Positions 18,758 through 31,459 of a DNA stretch of 64,000 bases are shown one piece after another. Position numbers and translations under genes: made by a program. This DNA comes from a virus, in IMG/VR virus record IMGVR_UViG_3300028859_000011, positions 61,547 to 125,546 of that record; one strand, given 5' to 3'. The notes under the pieces are model-generated. The model saw only the letters and a program-made list of their open reading frames with translations. It was not told where the DNA came from and did not search any database. How positions within the stretch are numbered: position 1 is the stretch's first letter; every line of letters begins with the position of its first letter.

Positions 18758-19371
18758 ACCGCAGTTTTATTTTTTAATTTTGAAATTGCTTGTTTTATAA
18801 TATCTATTGTTAAGTTATTAATTTCAAATATATTAAAATCTCCTTCAATTTCTGTATTATGAGGATGTTCAATTTTAATTGACACTTTACTTAATGGTTT
18901 ACTCCCAATAACTTTTTGAGAGTCTTCTACTAATATATCAACAAATTTCCATTTATCACTTGATGAATTAACAAATATTATATCATCATATTTGAAACCA
19001 TAATGATCTAACCATTTTTTAGCAGCATTTTTAGATTCTTCAGTTGGTTGTTTAGTTATAATGTTTAATGTATATCCATAAGTTTTCACAAAGTCATATA
19101 TATTATTAACTGTATCAACTGCTCCTTTATATGGTTGAGCTATATCAAACACTTCAGCTTTTTTATTATTGAACCAAGTTTTAGATGATTCACCGTTATA
19201 ATCCATAGTTTCATACCAATGCCAATTTTGATCACTAGTTATTTCTTTATCAGGAAAATATCTTTTATATAGTGTATTATAAGAATTAACAAAATCACAT
19301 ATAGTACCATCAATATCGATTCCTATTGTTACTTTATTAGTAAATGTTTCAAATAATTTTAGATGTTTCAT
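18754..19371 (-). CDS. 5'(3')-deoxyribonucleotidase (NT5C-like HAD)
   Basis: IGIDIDGTICDF motif I, IITKQ, ILVEDS; N-terminus MKHLKLFETF. Confidence 0.85.
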   Translation of the reverse strand: MKHLKLFETFTNKVTIGIDIDGTICDFVNSYNTLYKRYFPDKEITSDQNWHWYETMDYNGESSKTWFNNKKAEVFDIAQPYKGAVDTVNNIYDFVKTYGYTLNIITKQPTEESKNAAKKWLDHYGFKYDDIIFVNSSSDKWKFVDILVEDSQKVIGSKPLSKVSIKIEHPHNTEIEGDFNIFEINNLTIDIIKQAISKLKNKTAV

Positions 19372-19394
19372 ATTTTAATTAAAATTTTATATAT

Positions 19395-19454
19395 TATATA
19401 TAAATTTTTAAGCTAAGATTTATTTTAAAAATGAGTTATATTTTTTTATATATA
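19395..19454. promoter_or_regulatory. Divergent pair of TTTATATATA motifs (candidate phage late promoter)
   Basis: Minus strand 19395-19404 before 19371; plus strand 19445-19454 before 19481; the motif recurs before many other genes. Confidence 0.55.
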
Positions 19455-19480
19455 ATATAATAAAAAACAACTTAACTATA

Positions 19481-19675
19481 ATGAAAACAAAACTAGAAAA
19501 CCTATTAAGTTTTACTGATTTTACTGGTAACTATAATTCACAGCAAGCAACTAAAACTAAAAGAACAGACACTGGAGTAGATGTCATAAAAGAAAATAAT
19601 GAAGAGAATATCGAAGATAATATTGAAGATAAAGATTATTCTACTGAATTTGATTCTGAACTTGAAAAAGATTAA
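19481..19675 (+). CDS. Small acidic protein
   Basis: MKTKLENLLSFTDF N-terminus, D/E-rich tail. Confidence 0.6.
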   Translation: MKTKLENLLSFTDFTGNYNSQQATKTKRTDTGVDVIKENNEENIEDNIEDKDYSTEFDSELEKD

Positions 19676-19870
19676 TATATATTTAATTAACAAAAAAATA
19701 TAGAATTGAAATTATTCTATATTTTTATATAATTCACATATTGCTATTCCAGTTATTATATCATATGATATTATTTCTCCTATGATTTCAGTTAAATTTT
19801 CTTCTGATACAACTGTGCCTATAACATCATCCATTATTAATTTTTTTTCAAGTTGAATTTTTATTTCCAT

Positions 19871-20062
19871 TTAATATTCATTTAATTTTTTAAGTTTTAA
19901 TTTTCTTAATTCTGATTGATCATAATAGAATATAGCAATAGTTATATAATCATCATCTTGAGTTTGAGTGACATTGAATATTTCAATATTACTAGTAGAC
20001 AACCATTCATTTATTTTTTCTTCTAATGTAGTTTTATTAGAATTTATAATCTTACATTTCAT
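19871..20062 (-). CDS. Small protein with RKLKLKKL tag
   Basis: ORF ending ELRKLKLKKLNEY. Confidence 0.65.
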   Translation of the reverse strand: MKCKIINSNKTTLEEKINEWLSTSNIEIFNVTQTQDDDYITIAIFYYDQSELRKLKLKKLNEY

Positions 20063-20175
20063 TATTTAAAAATATTTTTATACATTATATATTATAAGTT
20101 ATGCATTCAAATTAAAAATTAACTCATATTTATAATAATAAAAAATTATATATAATTAAAATATAAAAAATATCA

Positions 20176-20439
20176 ATGAGTAAAAATAATTTAATTTTAA
20201 TTTCTAAACCTAATACCACCAAATATTACATTAATTTTTTAAAGACTACTGGAAAAATAGCATTAGAAATTGATAATAATGAAATTTATATGTTATCAGA
20301 AGATAATAATTTTTTAATAATGGAGAATGGCTCATATGAATTAAATGAAATTTATAATAATGAAATTTATATGTTATCAGAAGATAATAATTTTTTAATA
20401 ATGGAGAATGGCTCATATGAATTAAAAGAAATTTTATAA
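20176..20439 (+). CDS. Probable structural accessory protein with an internal 27-aa duplication
   Basis: NNEIYMLSEDNNFLIMENGSYEL occurs twice; 73 bp identical at a period of 81 nt. Confidence 0.6.
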   Translation: MSKNNLILISKPNTTKYYINFLKTTGKIALEIDNNEIYMLSEDNNFLIMENGSYELNEIYNNEIYMLSEDNNFLIMENGSYELKEIL

Positions 20440-20497
20440 TTGATAAAATTTATTTTAATTATAAAATTTATATATAATATAAAATAATTAACAAAAT

Positions 20498-20938
20498 ATG
20501 AATAGCGAAAAACAATCAAAATTATGGATAAATAATAACTGGGTATATTTCAAAATAAAAATTGGTACGTACACTAATATTATCACATTTTTAGATGATA
20601 ATAATATATCTTTTATTAAATATAATTATATTGATTTTACTAAAATTCCAAGTGTTATATATGGTTACGGTAAGAGTACAAATTTATTAGAATATTTATC
20701 TAATAATAATAACAATGGAAATTTAATAATATCATTTTTAAATTATTTTTTAAATAGTTTAAAATTTAGTTATATTGATGGATCAGCAATAAGAATATTA
20801 ATGGTGAATAATATAGATTGGAAAATTTCAAATGTAATAGTTATAAAAAATAATTGGAAGTATTTTACAGTTGATACATCATTTTTTACCGCAGATAATA
20901 GTATAATTACAGCAGATAAAACAATTATTACAATATAA
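20498..20938 (+). CDS. Probable structural accessory protein
   Basis: C-terminal FTVDTSFFTADNSIITAD motif; lies in an operon with the fibre gene. Confidence 0.55.
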   Translation: MNSEKQSKLWINNNWVYFKIKIGTYTNIITFLDDNNISFIKYNYIDFTKIPSVIYGYGKSTNLLEYLSNNNNNGNLIISFLNYFLNSLKFSYIDGSAIRILMVNNIDWKISNVIVIKNNWKYFTVDTSFFTADNSIITADKTIITI

Positions 20939-20962
20939 TTATTTCATAAAAAATAAAAAAAT

Positions 20963-23992
<3,030 letters not shown>

Positions 23993-23996
23993 AAAT

Positions 23997-24025
23997 AAAA
24001 GAGTAGATTTTAAATCTACTCTTTT
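23997..24025. terminator. Bidirectional terminator
   Basis: aaaagagtagattt-t-aaatctactctttt between convergent genes. Confidence 0.8.
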
Positions 24026-24612
24026 TACATATTAAATTTTTTAGAATCTCTATATAAAGGATAATATTTAGTATTAATTTCATCATATTCTTTCCAACTC
24101 GTTTGAAATATATATCCAAAATTTTCTACATATTTATTATTTTTAGCCATATCTATAAATAGTTTGTGATAATTTATACATCTATTAATAAAAAATTCCC
24201 CTTTCCCTATAATAGAGCTAATTAAATCTAAATAACCATCATCTGATGGCATAAAGGCTGAATATTTATTATCTAGCCAAGTAGGTTTAAAATATAAATA
24301 AAGTTCTTCTATTAACTTATCATATTCATTTTTAAAATTCATAAGAGTATTATATTCAAAATTTTTGAATACTCTTATTTTCAATTTTAATTCTTCTTCT
24401 TTATCTTTATTTTCAAATTCATCCTTAGTTTTAATTATTTTATTCCAATCAACTACACGTATAAAATTCCAAAAATCATCACTATAATTATTAACATTAG
24501 GCTTATTAATTCTAATAATATCACCGTTACTAGTTATAGTTATCAAATTACCATTTTTATCATAATGCTCATTGTACTCTATATTTTCAAATATTTTAAA
24601 AATTGTTATCAT
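24025..24612 (-). CDS. Tagged hypothetical protein (MITIFKIFE...SKKFNM)
   Basis: ORF with both terminal tags. Confidence 0.75.
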   Translation of the reverse strand: MITIFKIFENIEYNEHYDKNGNLITITSNGDIIRINKPNVNNYSDDFWNFIRVVDWNKIIKTKDEFENKDKEEELKLKIRVFKNFEYNTLMNFKNEYDKLIEELYLYFKPTWLDNKYSAFMPSDDGYLDLISSIIGKGEFFINRCINYHKLFIDMAKNNKYVENFGYIFQTSWKEYDEINTKYYPLYRDSKKFNM

Positions 24613-24616
24613 ATTA

Positions 24617-25771
24617 TTACATATTAAATTTATTTGTATCTACGATAAACATATATTGTTTAAATTCTTTTTTAATTTCTGAATCTAATATGAAATTAGA
24701 ATTTAGTTTTTTTAACGCATCAGCTATCAAATCACCTTTTTCTTCTTCTGTACTATCATCATAACCGTTTTCTTTTACATATTCTTTTATATATCTTTTT
24801 TGAAATTCATATTCATCTGAAATATCATCATTATGCTCATCTTTATCTTCAAATATTTCAAAAAGTAACAATGTAAGATTATCTGAATCATTAAAATTAT
24901 CCATTAAATAATGTTGTATTTCTATGCTATTTGCAATTTGATATTTTATCCAATCAGATTTAGTATCATCATTTTCAAATTTTTTATAATTTTTTACAAG
25001 TTTATCATCATCTATATATGAACTAAAATTTTGATAAAATTTTTTAGGAGTCATATCTTTAATAAGTTCTGATAAATTATCTACACAATATATTTCTACT
25101 AATAGTTCGGTAAAATATCTACCTTCATATCTATCTCTGATCATTTCATCAAAAAAATCTACTTCATCAGTATATTCTTGTATTACATATTTTAATTGAT
25201 CTGAATCTAAATCATCTATCATATCAGAATCATATTCCACATCATTACTTTTTGCAATAATAGTATCATAACTAATTTCATCTCCATCTTCAACCAAAAT
25301 AAAAAAATTATTAGGTATTTCATATTCCTCAGTAGAATCACCTTCAGTTATTACAATTTTTCGTATATCATCATTTTCTATAATAGAAACTATTCCATCA
25401 TATTCAGTTTTTATAATTTTTTCACTATCATTATTTTCACAATAATATTCAATTATTTTATTCTCCATTTCTATAGTTAAATGATTTTCTATATAATCTT
25501 TAAATTCTTGATCATCAAAATCATCCATTGATGAATTATTAATTTCATTTTTTATAGTATCTTCAACATATTTATCACTATCAAAAACTCCAGATATTAT
25601 ATTTGGATCATTTGTTATTATATCAATAATATCACTCTCATTATAATTAGTCAAATAGTGTTCATCATAATAATTTGATATATAATCATTATCTAAAAAT
25701 TCATTTACTAATTCATATTTTGAGCTATCTGCACTCTCAAATAATTTAAATTTTTTAAAACTTACTATCAT
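24617..25771 (-). CDS. Very acidic tagged protein (MIVSFKKFKLFE...DTNKFNM)
   Basis: 384-aa D/E-rich ORF with both terminal tags. Confidence 0.8.
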   Translation of the reverse strand: MIVSFKKFKLFESADSSKYELVNEFLDNDYISNYYDEHYLTNYNESDIIDIITNDPNIISGVFDSDKYVEDTIKNEINNSSMDDFDDQEFKDYIENHLTIEMENKIIEYYCENNDSEKIIKTEYDGIVSIIENDDIRKIVITEGDSTEEYEIPNNFFILVEDGDEISYDTIIAKSNDVEYDSDMIDDLDSDQLKYVIQEYTDEVDFFDEMIRDRYEGRYFTELLVEIYCVDNLSELIKDMTPKKFYQNFSSYIDDDKLVKNYKKFENDDTKSDWIKYQIANSIEIQHYLMDNFNDSDNLTLLLFEIFEDKDEHNDDISDEYEFQKRYIKEYVKENGYDDSTEEEKGDLIADALKKLNSNFILDSEIKKEFKQYMFIVDTNKFNM

Positions 25772-25895
25772 ATTTTTTATTTTGTTATATCTTTAATTTT
25801 TATTATGATTAAATGCTATTTTAATAATATCTATTGATATTAATTATAATAGATGATGAAACTATTCATTATATAAATACAACTCTTAAAACTCA

Positions 25896-26720
25896 TTATA
25901 TGTTGAATTTACTGGTATCATTAATAATACTCCATTCATTATAGTATTCATCTGATAATAAATTAGAAAAATCATCTATTGTTTTATATAATTCATTTTT
26001 AAATATAAAGAATTTTTTCAATTCTTCAATTTTATATTCTCTATCTGCAATAAATTTTTTATTTTTATTTTTATCAATATTTTGTAAAAAAATATTAGAG
26101 TCAAATAAATATTCATTAAATATTATACTATATTTGAATAATTTTGTTCTTAAATTATAAAATTGATGAATAGATATAAAATTAGGTATTTTACCAGTAT
26201 ATACATTTTTAATATGTGCTGAATTAAAATTGATATTATCTATTTCAAAATAACCATAAGTATCTTTTGTAAAATTATTAGTTTTTCTAATGAGTTTATC
26301 AAAAACATCTACATAACGTGATTTTATTTTTGCACTATTAAAATATTTTGATATATTTTTATCTTTACTAATATATAACATAATATTATATAATTCTGAT
26401 GAATACATTTTATTTTGAATATCAGTTATTTCTGAATCATATTCTTTTAATATTCTATCATTTTCTTCTTCTTTAAATTTTTCACGTCCTATTTTTTTAA
26501 TATGATTTATTCGTTCTTTCTCTATAATATCTAATTTTTTTCTATATTCAGGATCAAATTCTTCATATTTTTGTTTAGCAATATTAAGTCCTTTGTTACC
26601 AATTAAATTTAAAAATTTAGTATATAACTCTGAATTCTCTTTTTTTACCTTATCTAAAAACTTAACATTTTCTTTATCTTGTAGTATATCAAATACTTTA
26701 AATTCAAATATTTTTTTCAT
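25896..26720 (-). CDS. Tagged hypothetical protein (MKKIFE...DTSKFNI)
   Basis: ORF with both terminal tags. Confidence 0.75.
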   Translation of the reverse strand: MKKIFEFKVFDILQDKENVKFLDKVKKENSELYTKFLNLIGNKGLNIAKQKYEEFDPEYRKKLDIIEKERINHIKKIGREKFKEEENDRILKEYDSEITDIQNKMYSSELYNIMLYISKDKNISKYFNSAKIKSRYVDVFDKLIRKTNNFTKDTYGYFEIDNINFNSAHIKNVYTGKIPNFISIHQFYNLRTKLFKYSIIFNEYLFDSNIFLQNIDKNKNKKFIADREYKIEELKKFFIFKNELYKTIDDFSNLLSDEYYNEWSIINDTSKFNI

Positions 26721-26723
26721 TTA

Positions 26724-27062
26724 TTATAAATTAAAATTTTTAGTGTCATTAGTAAATTCTGGAACATTAAAATATTCAAGAAAAATTGGAAATCTATTAT
26801 AATTAACATTAAACTCTTGTAGATTTTCATTATCATCGAACATAAGAACTTTATGAATACATTCAATCGGCAAATAATTTAAGACATATTTATTTATTGC
26901 TGCTTCTGTATCACCATAATATCCAGAAACCTTATAATATACCCCTTTTTTAAAATTTATAACTTCATTAGTTGATTTTTTATGATAATTTTTTATGCAT
27001 ATTACATTATCATCTATTCTCCTCAAATCTGGATTATTATAATTTTCAAATATAGTTATCAT
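26724..27062 (-). CDS. Tagged hypothetical protein (MITIFE...DTKNFNL)
   Basis: ORF with both terminal tags. Confidence 0.75.
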   Translation of the reverse strand: MITIFENYNNPDLRRIDDNVICIKNYHKKSTNEVINFKKGVYYKVSGYYGDTEAAINKYVLNYLPIECIHKVLMFDDNENLQEFNVNYNRFPIFLEYFNVPEFTNDTKNFNL

Positions 27063-27400
27063 AAATTAAATTTATTTGTATCTAATATTAAAAGATATTC
27101 TTTTTTTGCATCTTTAATATTATCATATGATGATTTAACATAAATTTCATAAATATATAATATATCAGTTAATTTACATTCAAAACTTAAATCATCTGGA
27201 TTCCACATATAAATTTCAAGATTAACACTATAATATGAATTAACACTAATAAATTTAGCAAGATAATAATCTTCTTTATATTTAAATATTACATATTTAT
27301 CATAATATTTTTTATAGTCCAATGCTTTTTTAGCCATCTTTTCATTACATTTTTTTATTGAATCTTCAATAGTATTTTCAAAATGTTTAATATACTTCAT
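27059..27400 (-). CDS. Tagged hypothetical protein (MKYIKHFE...DTNKFNL)
   Basis: ORF with both tags; TTTATATATA on the minus strand at 27423-27432. Confidence 0.75.
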   Translation of the reverse strand: MKYIKHFENTIEDSIKKCNEKMAKKALDYKKYYDKYVIFKYKEDYYLAKFISVNSYYSVNLEIYMWNPDDLSFECKLTDILYIYEIYVKSSYDNIKDAKKEYLLILDTNKFNL

Positions 27401-27698
27401 TTAATATAAATATAATTTATAATATATATAAAAATAAAATAACGCAAACTTTTATAATTATTATTTATATAATAAATAAAAAAATATGCAAACAGTTTGT
27501 TTTTAATTCATCAGATAAAACTACTATTTTATATGAAGGTTAGATTAGGTTATTATGAAATAATGCAAAAAAAAGAAATATCTAATTATAGCAATGGAAA
27601 AAATGTTACGTTTTCAGTGGCCAGATTACCTATTTCTAATACCAATATGATAATAAAAAATGAATAAATATTATATAAATATTATATAAATATTATAT

Positions 27699-28283
27699 TT
27701 ATAAATTAAAAATATTTGCATCTCTTTTCATTTCCCATTCTTCTTTATATTGCGGAAATCTATCTGTTATATATTTTTCAATATTATCAATAAACTCATT
27801 TTTATGATCATTAATTTTTTTATATTTCATAATATAATCATAAAAATTTTCATCGTAATTATTTTTTTTATCAAGATTAAATCCATGACTTAAAAATTTA
27901 TTTAATATTATAATAAATGTTCCTGAATCATAAATATATTGTACATAATATACTAATGCTGAATTATCATTAATATCTCTAATATTAACATCTGCTTTTG
28001 CATTTAATAATTTATTAATAACTAATAATGTAGACGCCATCATTAATGCTGTCATTTTGTGCTTATCAGTAGCATTAACATCAGCATTTCCTTCTATTAA
28101 TGCATCAACAACAAATGGAAATTTAATAGCGTGCATTAATGCTGTTCTACCATCAGAATCTTTCATATTAATTTCAACATTTTCTTTTATCGCTTGCTTT
28201 ACCGCATTTGTATTTCCTCTTTTTGCTGCTGATATAAAAGGATGCTCTTTTACTGATTTTTCAAATAATTTTAAATATTTCAT
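27699..28283 (-). CDS. Ankyrin-repeat protein (MKYLKLFE...DANIFNL)
   Basis: AAKRGN, DGRTALMHA...ALIEGNADVNATD, TALMMAS...LLNAKADVN. Confidence 0.9.
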   Translation of the reverse strand: MKYLKLFEKSVKEHPFISAAKRGNTNAVKQAIKENVEINMKDSDGRTALMHAIKFPFVVDALIEGNADVNATDKHKMTALMMASTLLVINKLLNAKADVNIRDINDNSALVYYVQYIYDSGTFIIILNKFLSHGFNLDKKNNYDENFYDYIMKYKKINDHKNEFIDNIEKYITDRFPQYKEEWEMKRDANIFNL

Positions 28284-28336
28284 TTTTAATATTTGATTTT
28301 TTTATTATAAACTATATATAATTTTTTTAAAAAATA

Positions 28337-28362
28337 AAAAATCCTGATTTCTCAGGATTTTT
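28337..28362 (-). terminator. Terminator after the VWA gene
   Basis: aaaaatcctga...tcaggattttt. Confidence 0.7.
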
Positions 28363-28366
28363 ATTT

Positions 28367-29863
28367 TTATTTGTCTATAAACAATTTATTATCAGGTGGC
28401 CATTGTATATCTGGAGCTTCTTGCGCTTCAGTAATTACCCATAATATTTTATCATAATATTTAGGAATTTGATATTTAAATTTATTTGGTGGAACACCAT
28501 GAGAATCTGTAAAATATATAACAAACGAAGGAACTGTTCCTTTTTTAATCATATTATTTTCAATCCATTGAAACGGCGGAATAAAACTTGTTCCTCCTCC
28601 ACCTATTGCTTTAAAATGTTTAGCAAGAATTTCTTTAAATTTACCTTCATTCATAGAATCTCCACTCTTTGTTTTAAGATCTATTTTTTCTATTCCTTTT
28701 ATATCAGCATCACACCATATAATTATAGCTTCTTCTATTTTTTTTGAACCAAAAATACCATAAATTTCTGCTGCAAATTTACCAAGTGTATCATCTCCAA
28801 TTGAGCCAGATGTATCAACACATAATACAATTTTTCTAAATCCACTATCCTTAGGAAATTTTAATCCTGGTAAATACATTGGATCATCTTGACCTATAAA
28901 TCTCTTATTAAAATAACCATATTTAGGATTACTAGCAAAGCATTTATTCATAAATTTAATTAATGTCGCTTTCCAATTAACTTTTGGTTTACCAATTTTA
29001 TTAAACCATCTATTCAATGTTGCTGAACCAGTTCCTTGATTTTTACTTTTAGCATCATTTAATATCTTACCCCATTCTCTAGCTAAATCTGTAACATCTT
29101 CTACTTTTGCTAATTCATCATTACCTTCAAATAATGTTGGTCCTTTTTTATCAGTTAAACTACCTGGCTCTCTTAAATCATTTGTTCCTGGTATTGAACC
29201 TCCTCCATCTCCTCCTGGACCTCCTCCATCTCCTCCTGGACCTCCTTCATCTCCTCCTGGACCTCCTCCTGGACCTCCTCCATCTCCTCCTGGACCTCCT
29301 CCATCTCCTCCTTTTTTAGGTTTTTTAGGATTATTTTTTTCTTCTGTTTCAAGAATCACATAAATTTGTTCAGCACTCATACCTCTATATTTTTCATCTA
29401 ATAAAATATTTTGTGGTACACTCAATATATTAACAACAGATGCTGCACCTTCAGGCTTTTCTTTACTCATATCAGCTATTTGAATATTAATAGCATAATC
29501 AGTTGCTTGATTCCACAATGAATGATCTCTATCTCCTTGTCTTAAAAAGTGAAGATTTGCGTTATGCATAACTTCATGTATCAGCACAAATGCTACTTCC
29601 TCAGTATTTCTTAATACTTCATTTACAAATTTAGGACTATATAAAATACTTTTACCATCAGTTGCCATAGTGTCAATTCCACTATTTGGAGATGCTTCTG
29701 CGATAGTCAATTGAAAAAATAAATCAGCAAAGAAATTATAATACGACATAGTAGATGCTAATGCTGCTCTAACTCTACCTTTTGCTAATTTATTTAAATT
29801 TGGATCATTTAAATCTTCATTTGTACTTAATAAATTAAATATGTTAAATTTTTTTATCATCAT
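28367..29863 (-). CDS. DUF2201-type metallopeptidase plus VWA domain protein
   Basis: TMATDG, IHEVMH (HExxH), Gly/Pro/Asp linker, MIDAS VDTSGS; likely start at MMIKKF (29863) rather than the track's 29914. Confidence 0.88.
   Translation of the reverse strand: MMIKKFNIFNLLSTNEDLNDPNLNKLAKGRVRAALASTMSYYNFFADLFFQLTIAEASPNSGIDTMATDGKSILYSPKFVNEVLRNTEEVAFVLIHEVMHNANLHFLRQGDRDHSLWNQATDYAINIQIADMSKEKPEGAASVVNILSVPQNILLDEKYRGMSAEQIYVILETEEKNNPKKPKKGGDGGGPGGDGGGPGGGPGGDEGGPGGDGGGPGGDGGGSIPGTNDLREPGSLTDKKGPTLFEGNDELAKVEDVTDLAREWGKILNDAKSKNQGTGSATLNRWFNKIGKPKVNWKATLIKFMNKCFASNPKYGYFNKRFIGQDDPMYLPGLKFPKDSGFRKIVLCVDTSGSIGDDTLGKFAAEIYGIFGSKKIEEAIIIWCDADIKGIEKIDLKTKSGDSMNEGKFKEILAKHFKAIGGGGTSFIPPFQWIENNMIKKGTVPSFVIYFTDSHGVPPNKFKYQIPKYYDKILWVITEAQEAPDIQWPPDNKLFIDK
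29199..29312. repeat. 21-nt tandem repeat encoding the GGDGGGP linker
   Basis: ctcctccatctcctcctggac units. Confidence 0.85.
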
Positions 29864-29874
29864 TTTTATTTTTT

Positions 29875-31413
29875 TTATTTTCCTACCATAGTTTTTTGGA
29901 ATACAGAATGCCATTTTTTAGCAAATTCTGTCCATATAGGTAAATATTCTTTTTTAATATATGGATGAGCTTTTAAGAAATAAGATCCTATTGTTACAAT
30001 TGCCTCATTTTCTTTACCCATAGTAGCGAAATCATATACATTTTTTACTTCATCAGCAGTCAAATGTTTACCTTGTTTAAAAGTTGCAATAGCAATTGAA
30101 CAAGCTCTAATTTGGTCTTGTCTTGTAGGCCATTTTACTTTTTTAGATTCTGCATTACCATCATATATATCTTGAATATCTTTTTCACTAAAGAACTCTT
30201 GTAATTTCATATAATTAATAAAATCTAATGTAGGTTCTAATCCTACATATTTAGTGTATATTTTTTGAATTTGAGGATATGTTAATTTTTTAGACCAATC
30301 TTCACCTCTATAATTATATTCATCTTGTGAAGCCATTTCCCAAGATCTTGGAGATGCCCATACTGGACTACCAGATTCTAGATCTAATCTATGAAAGTAA
30401 TTAGGATGATATTGTAAATATGAAATAAGAAATGGATTAATATCTTTTTTAGTTAATGCCCATTTAACCCAATCATCAACAGTTGGAGTATAATTAACAT
30501 GAGCAAAACGATTCCACAAAATTGGATCATCAGTCAAATCAGTTGTATTTATATCATCTTTTCTATTACCTGCTGCAATAATAATCCATCTTGGAGGTAA
30601 ATCATAATCACCATGTTTACCACTTAATGCTAATGCTAATGATGCACTTAATACCATTTGTGGTGCTCTATTCATTTCATCAAAAAACATAATACCACCT
30701 TTTCCATTACCATCACTTGTAGGAAATATTGCTGGTAATTTAGAAACAGTTTGATTATTTTCAATTTTAGGAACTCCTCTAAAGTCAGTAGGTTCAATTT
30801 GGGATAAATGCCATTCTTGAACAACAATATCTAATTCTTTAGCTACCTGATGTAAAATTTCAGTTTTACCAATACCAGGAGCGCCCCAAATAAACAATGC
30901 ATGTGTTTTTTTTCTGGCAAATTCAGAGGTTCTTTCATAATTATCTTGTTCATGCTTAGTTGCTCTATGTAAATTCATATTATAAACTCTTTTGATTCTA
31001 TCTTTAAGCTCATCAACATTTATATTTCTCATTACTTCTTCATCACCACTTGGATATTTTAAAGTTACAAATGCTTCATCTACAGGCATTTCTTTTTTTA
31101 TTTTTTCTCCTTTTTCATCAAATCTTGAACGTATTTCATTTTCTATATCTTCTGCTGTAGGAACTTTAACACCAGATTTCATTCTATCAAAATAATTATT
31201 TGGAATAATCACTTCAACTACATCTCTAGTTTTACCATCTTCATCTACATATGTTGGAATTTCACCTTTTTCTTTTAAATATTTAGCATAATATAACCAT
31301 GAATTTTTACCAAATTTTTTATTGAAAAAATTAGATACCACATTCCATGCGTTTTTTAACACATTTTCATTTAATTTATATTCTTCAGAATAACTATCAT
31401 ATTTCTTTATCAT
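29875..31413 (-). CDS. MoxR-type AAA+ ATPase, copy 1
   Basis: Walker A GAPGIGKT, LSQIEPTDFRGVP, Walker B FFDEMNRA, AAGN, NRF, SPRSWE. Confidence 0.9.
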   Translation of the reverse strand: MIKKYDSYSEEYKLNENVLKNAWNVVSNFFNKKFGKNSWLYYAKYLKEKGEIPTYVDEDGKTRDVVEVIIPNNYFDRMKSGVKVPTAEDIENEIRSRFDEKGEKIKKEMPVDEAFVTLKYPSGDEEVMRNINVDELKDRIKRVYNMNLHRATKHEQDNYERTSEFARKKTHALFIWGAPGIGKTEILHQVAKELDIVVQEWHLSQIEPTDFRGVPKIENNQTVSKLPAIFPTSDGNGKGGIMFFDEMNRAPQMVLSASLALALSGKHGDYDLPPRWIIIAAGNRKDDINTTDLTDDPILWNRFAHVNYTPTVDDWVKWALTKKDINPFLISYLQYHPNYFHRLDLESGSPVWASPRSWEMASQDEYNYRGEDWSKKLTYPQIQKIYTKYVGLEPTLDFINYMKLQEFFSEKDIQDIYDGNAESKKVKWPTRQDQIRACSIAIATFKQGKHLTADEVKNVYDFATMGKENEAIVTIGSYFLKAHPYIKKEYLPIWTEFAKKWHSVFQKTMVGK

Positions 31414-31459
31414 TTTATTTTTTTTATTTTTTTATAATTTATTATTTTAGGTTTTTTAA

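Noticed and set aside
29107-29319. Plus-strand LLDLLH-repeat ORF
   Set aside because: Antisense shadow of the Gly-Pro linker repeat of the VWA gene.
29864-29914. Track's longer start for the VWA gene (MAFCIPK...)
   Set aside because: It overlaps the upstream ATPase; MMIKKF at 29863 matches the N-terminal pattern of its neighbours.
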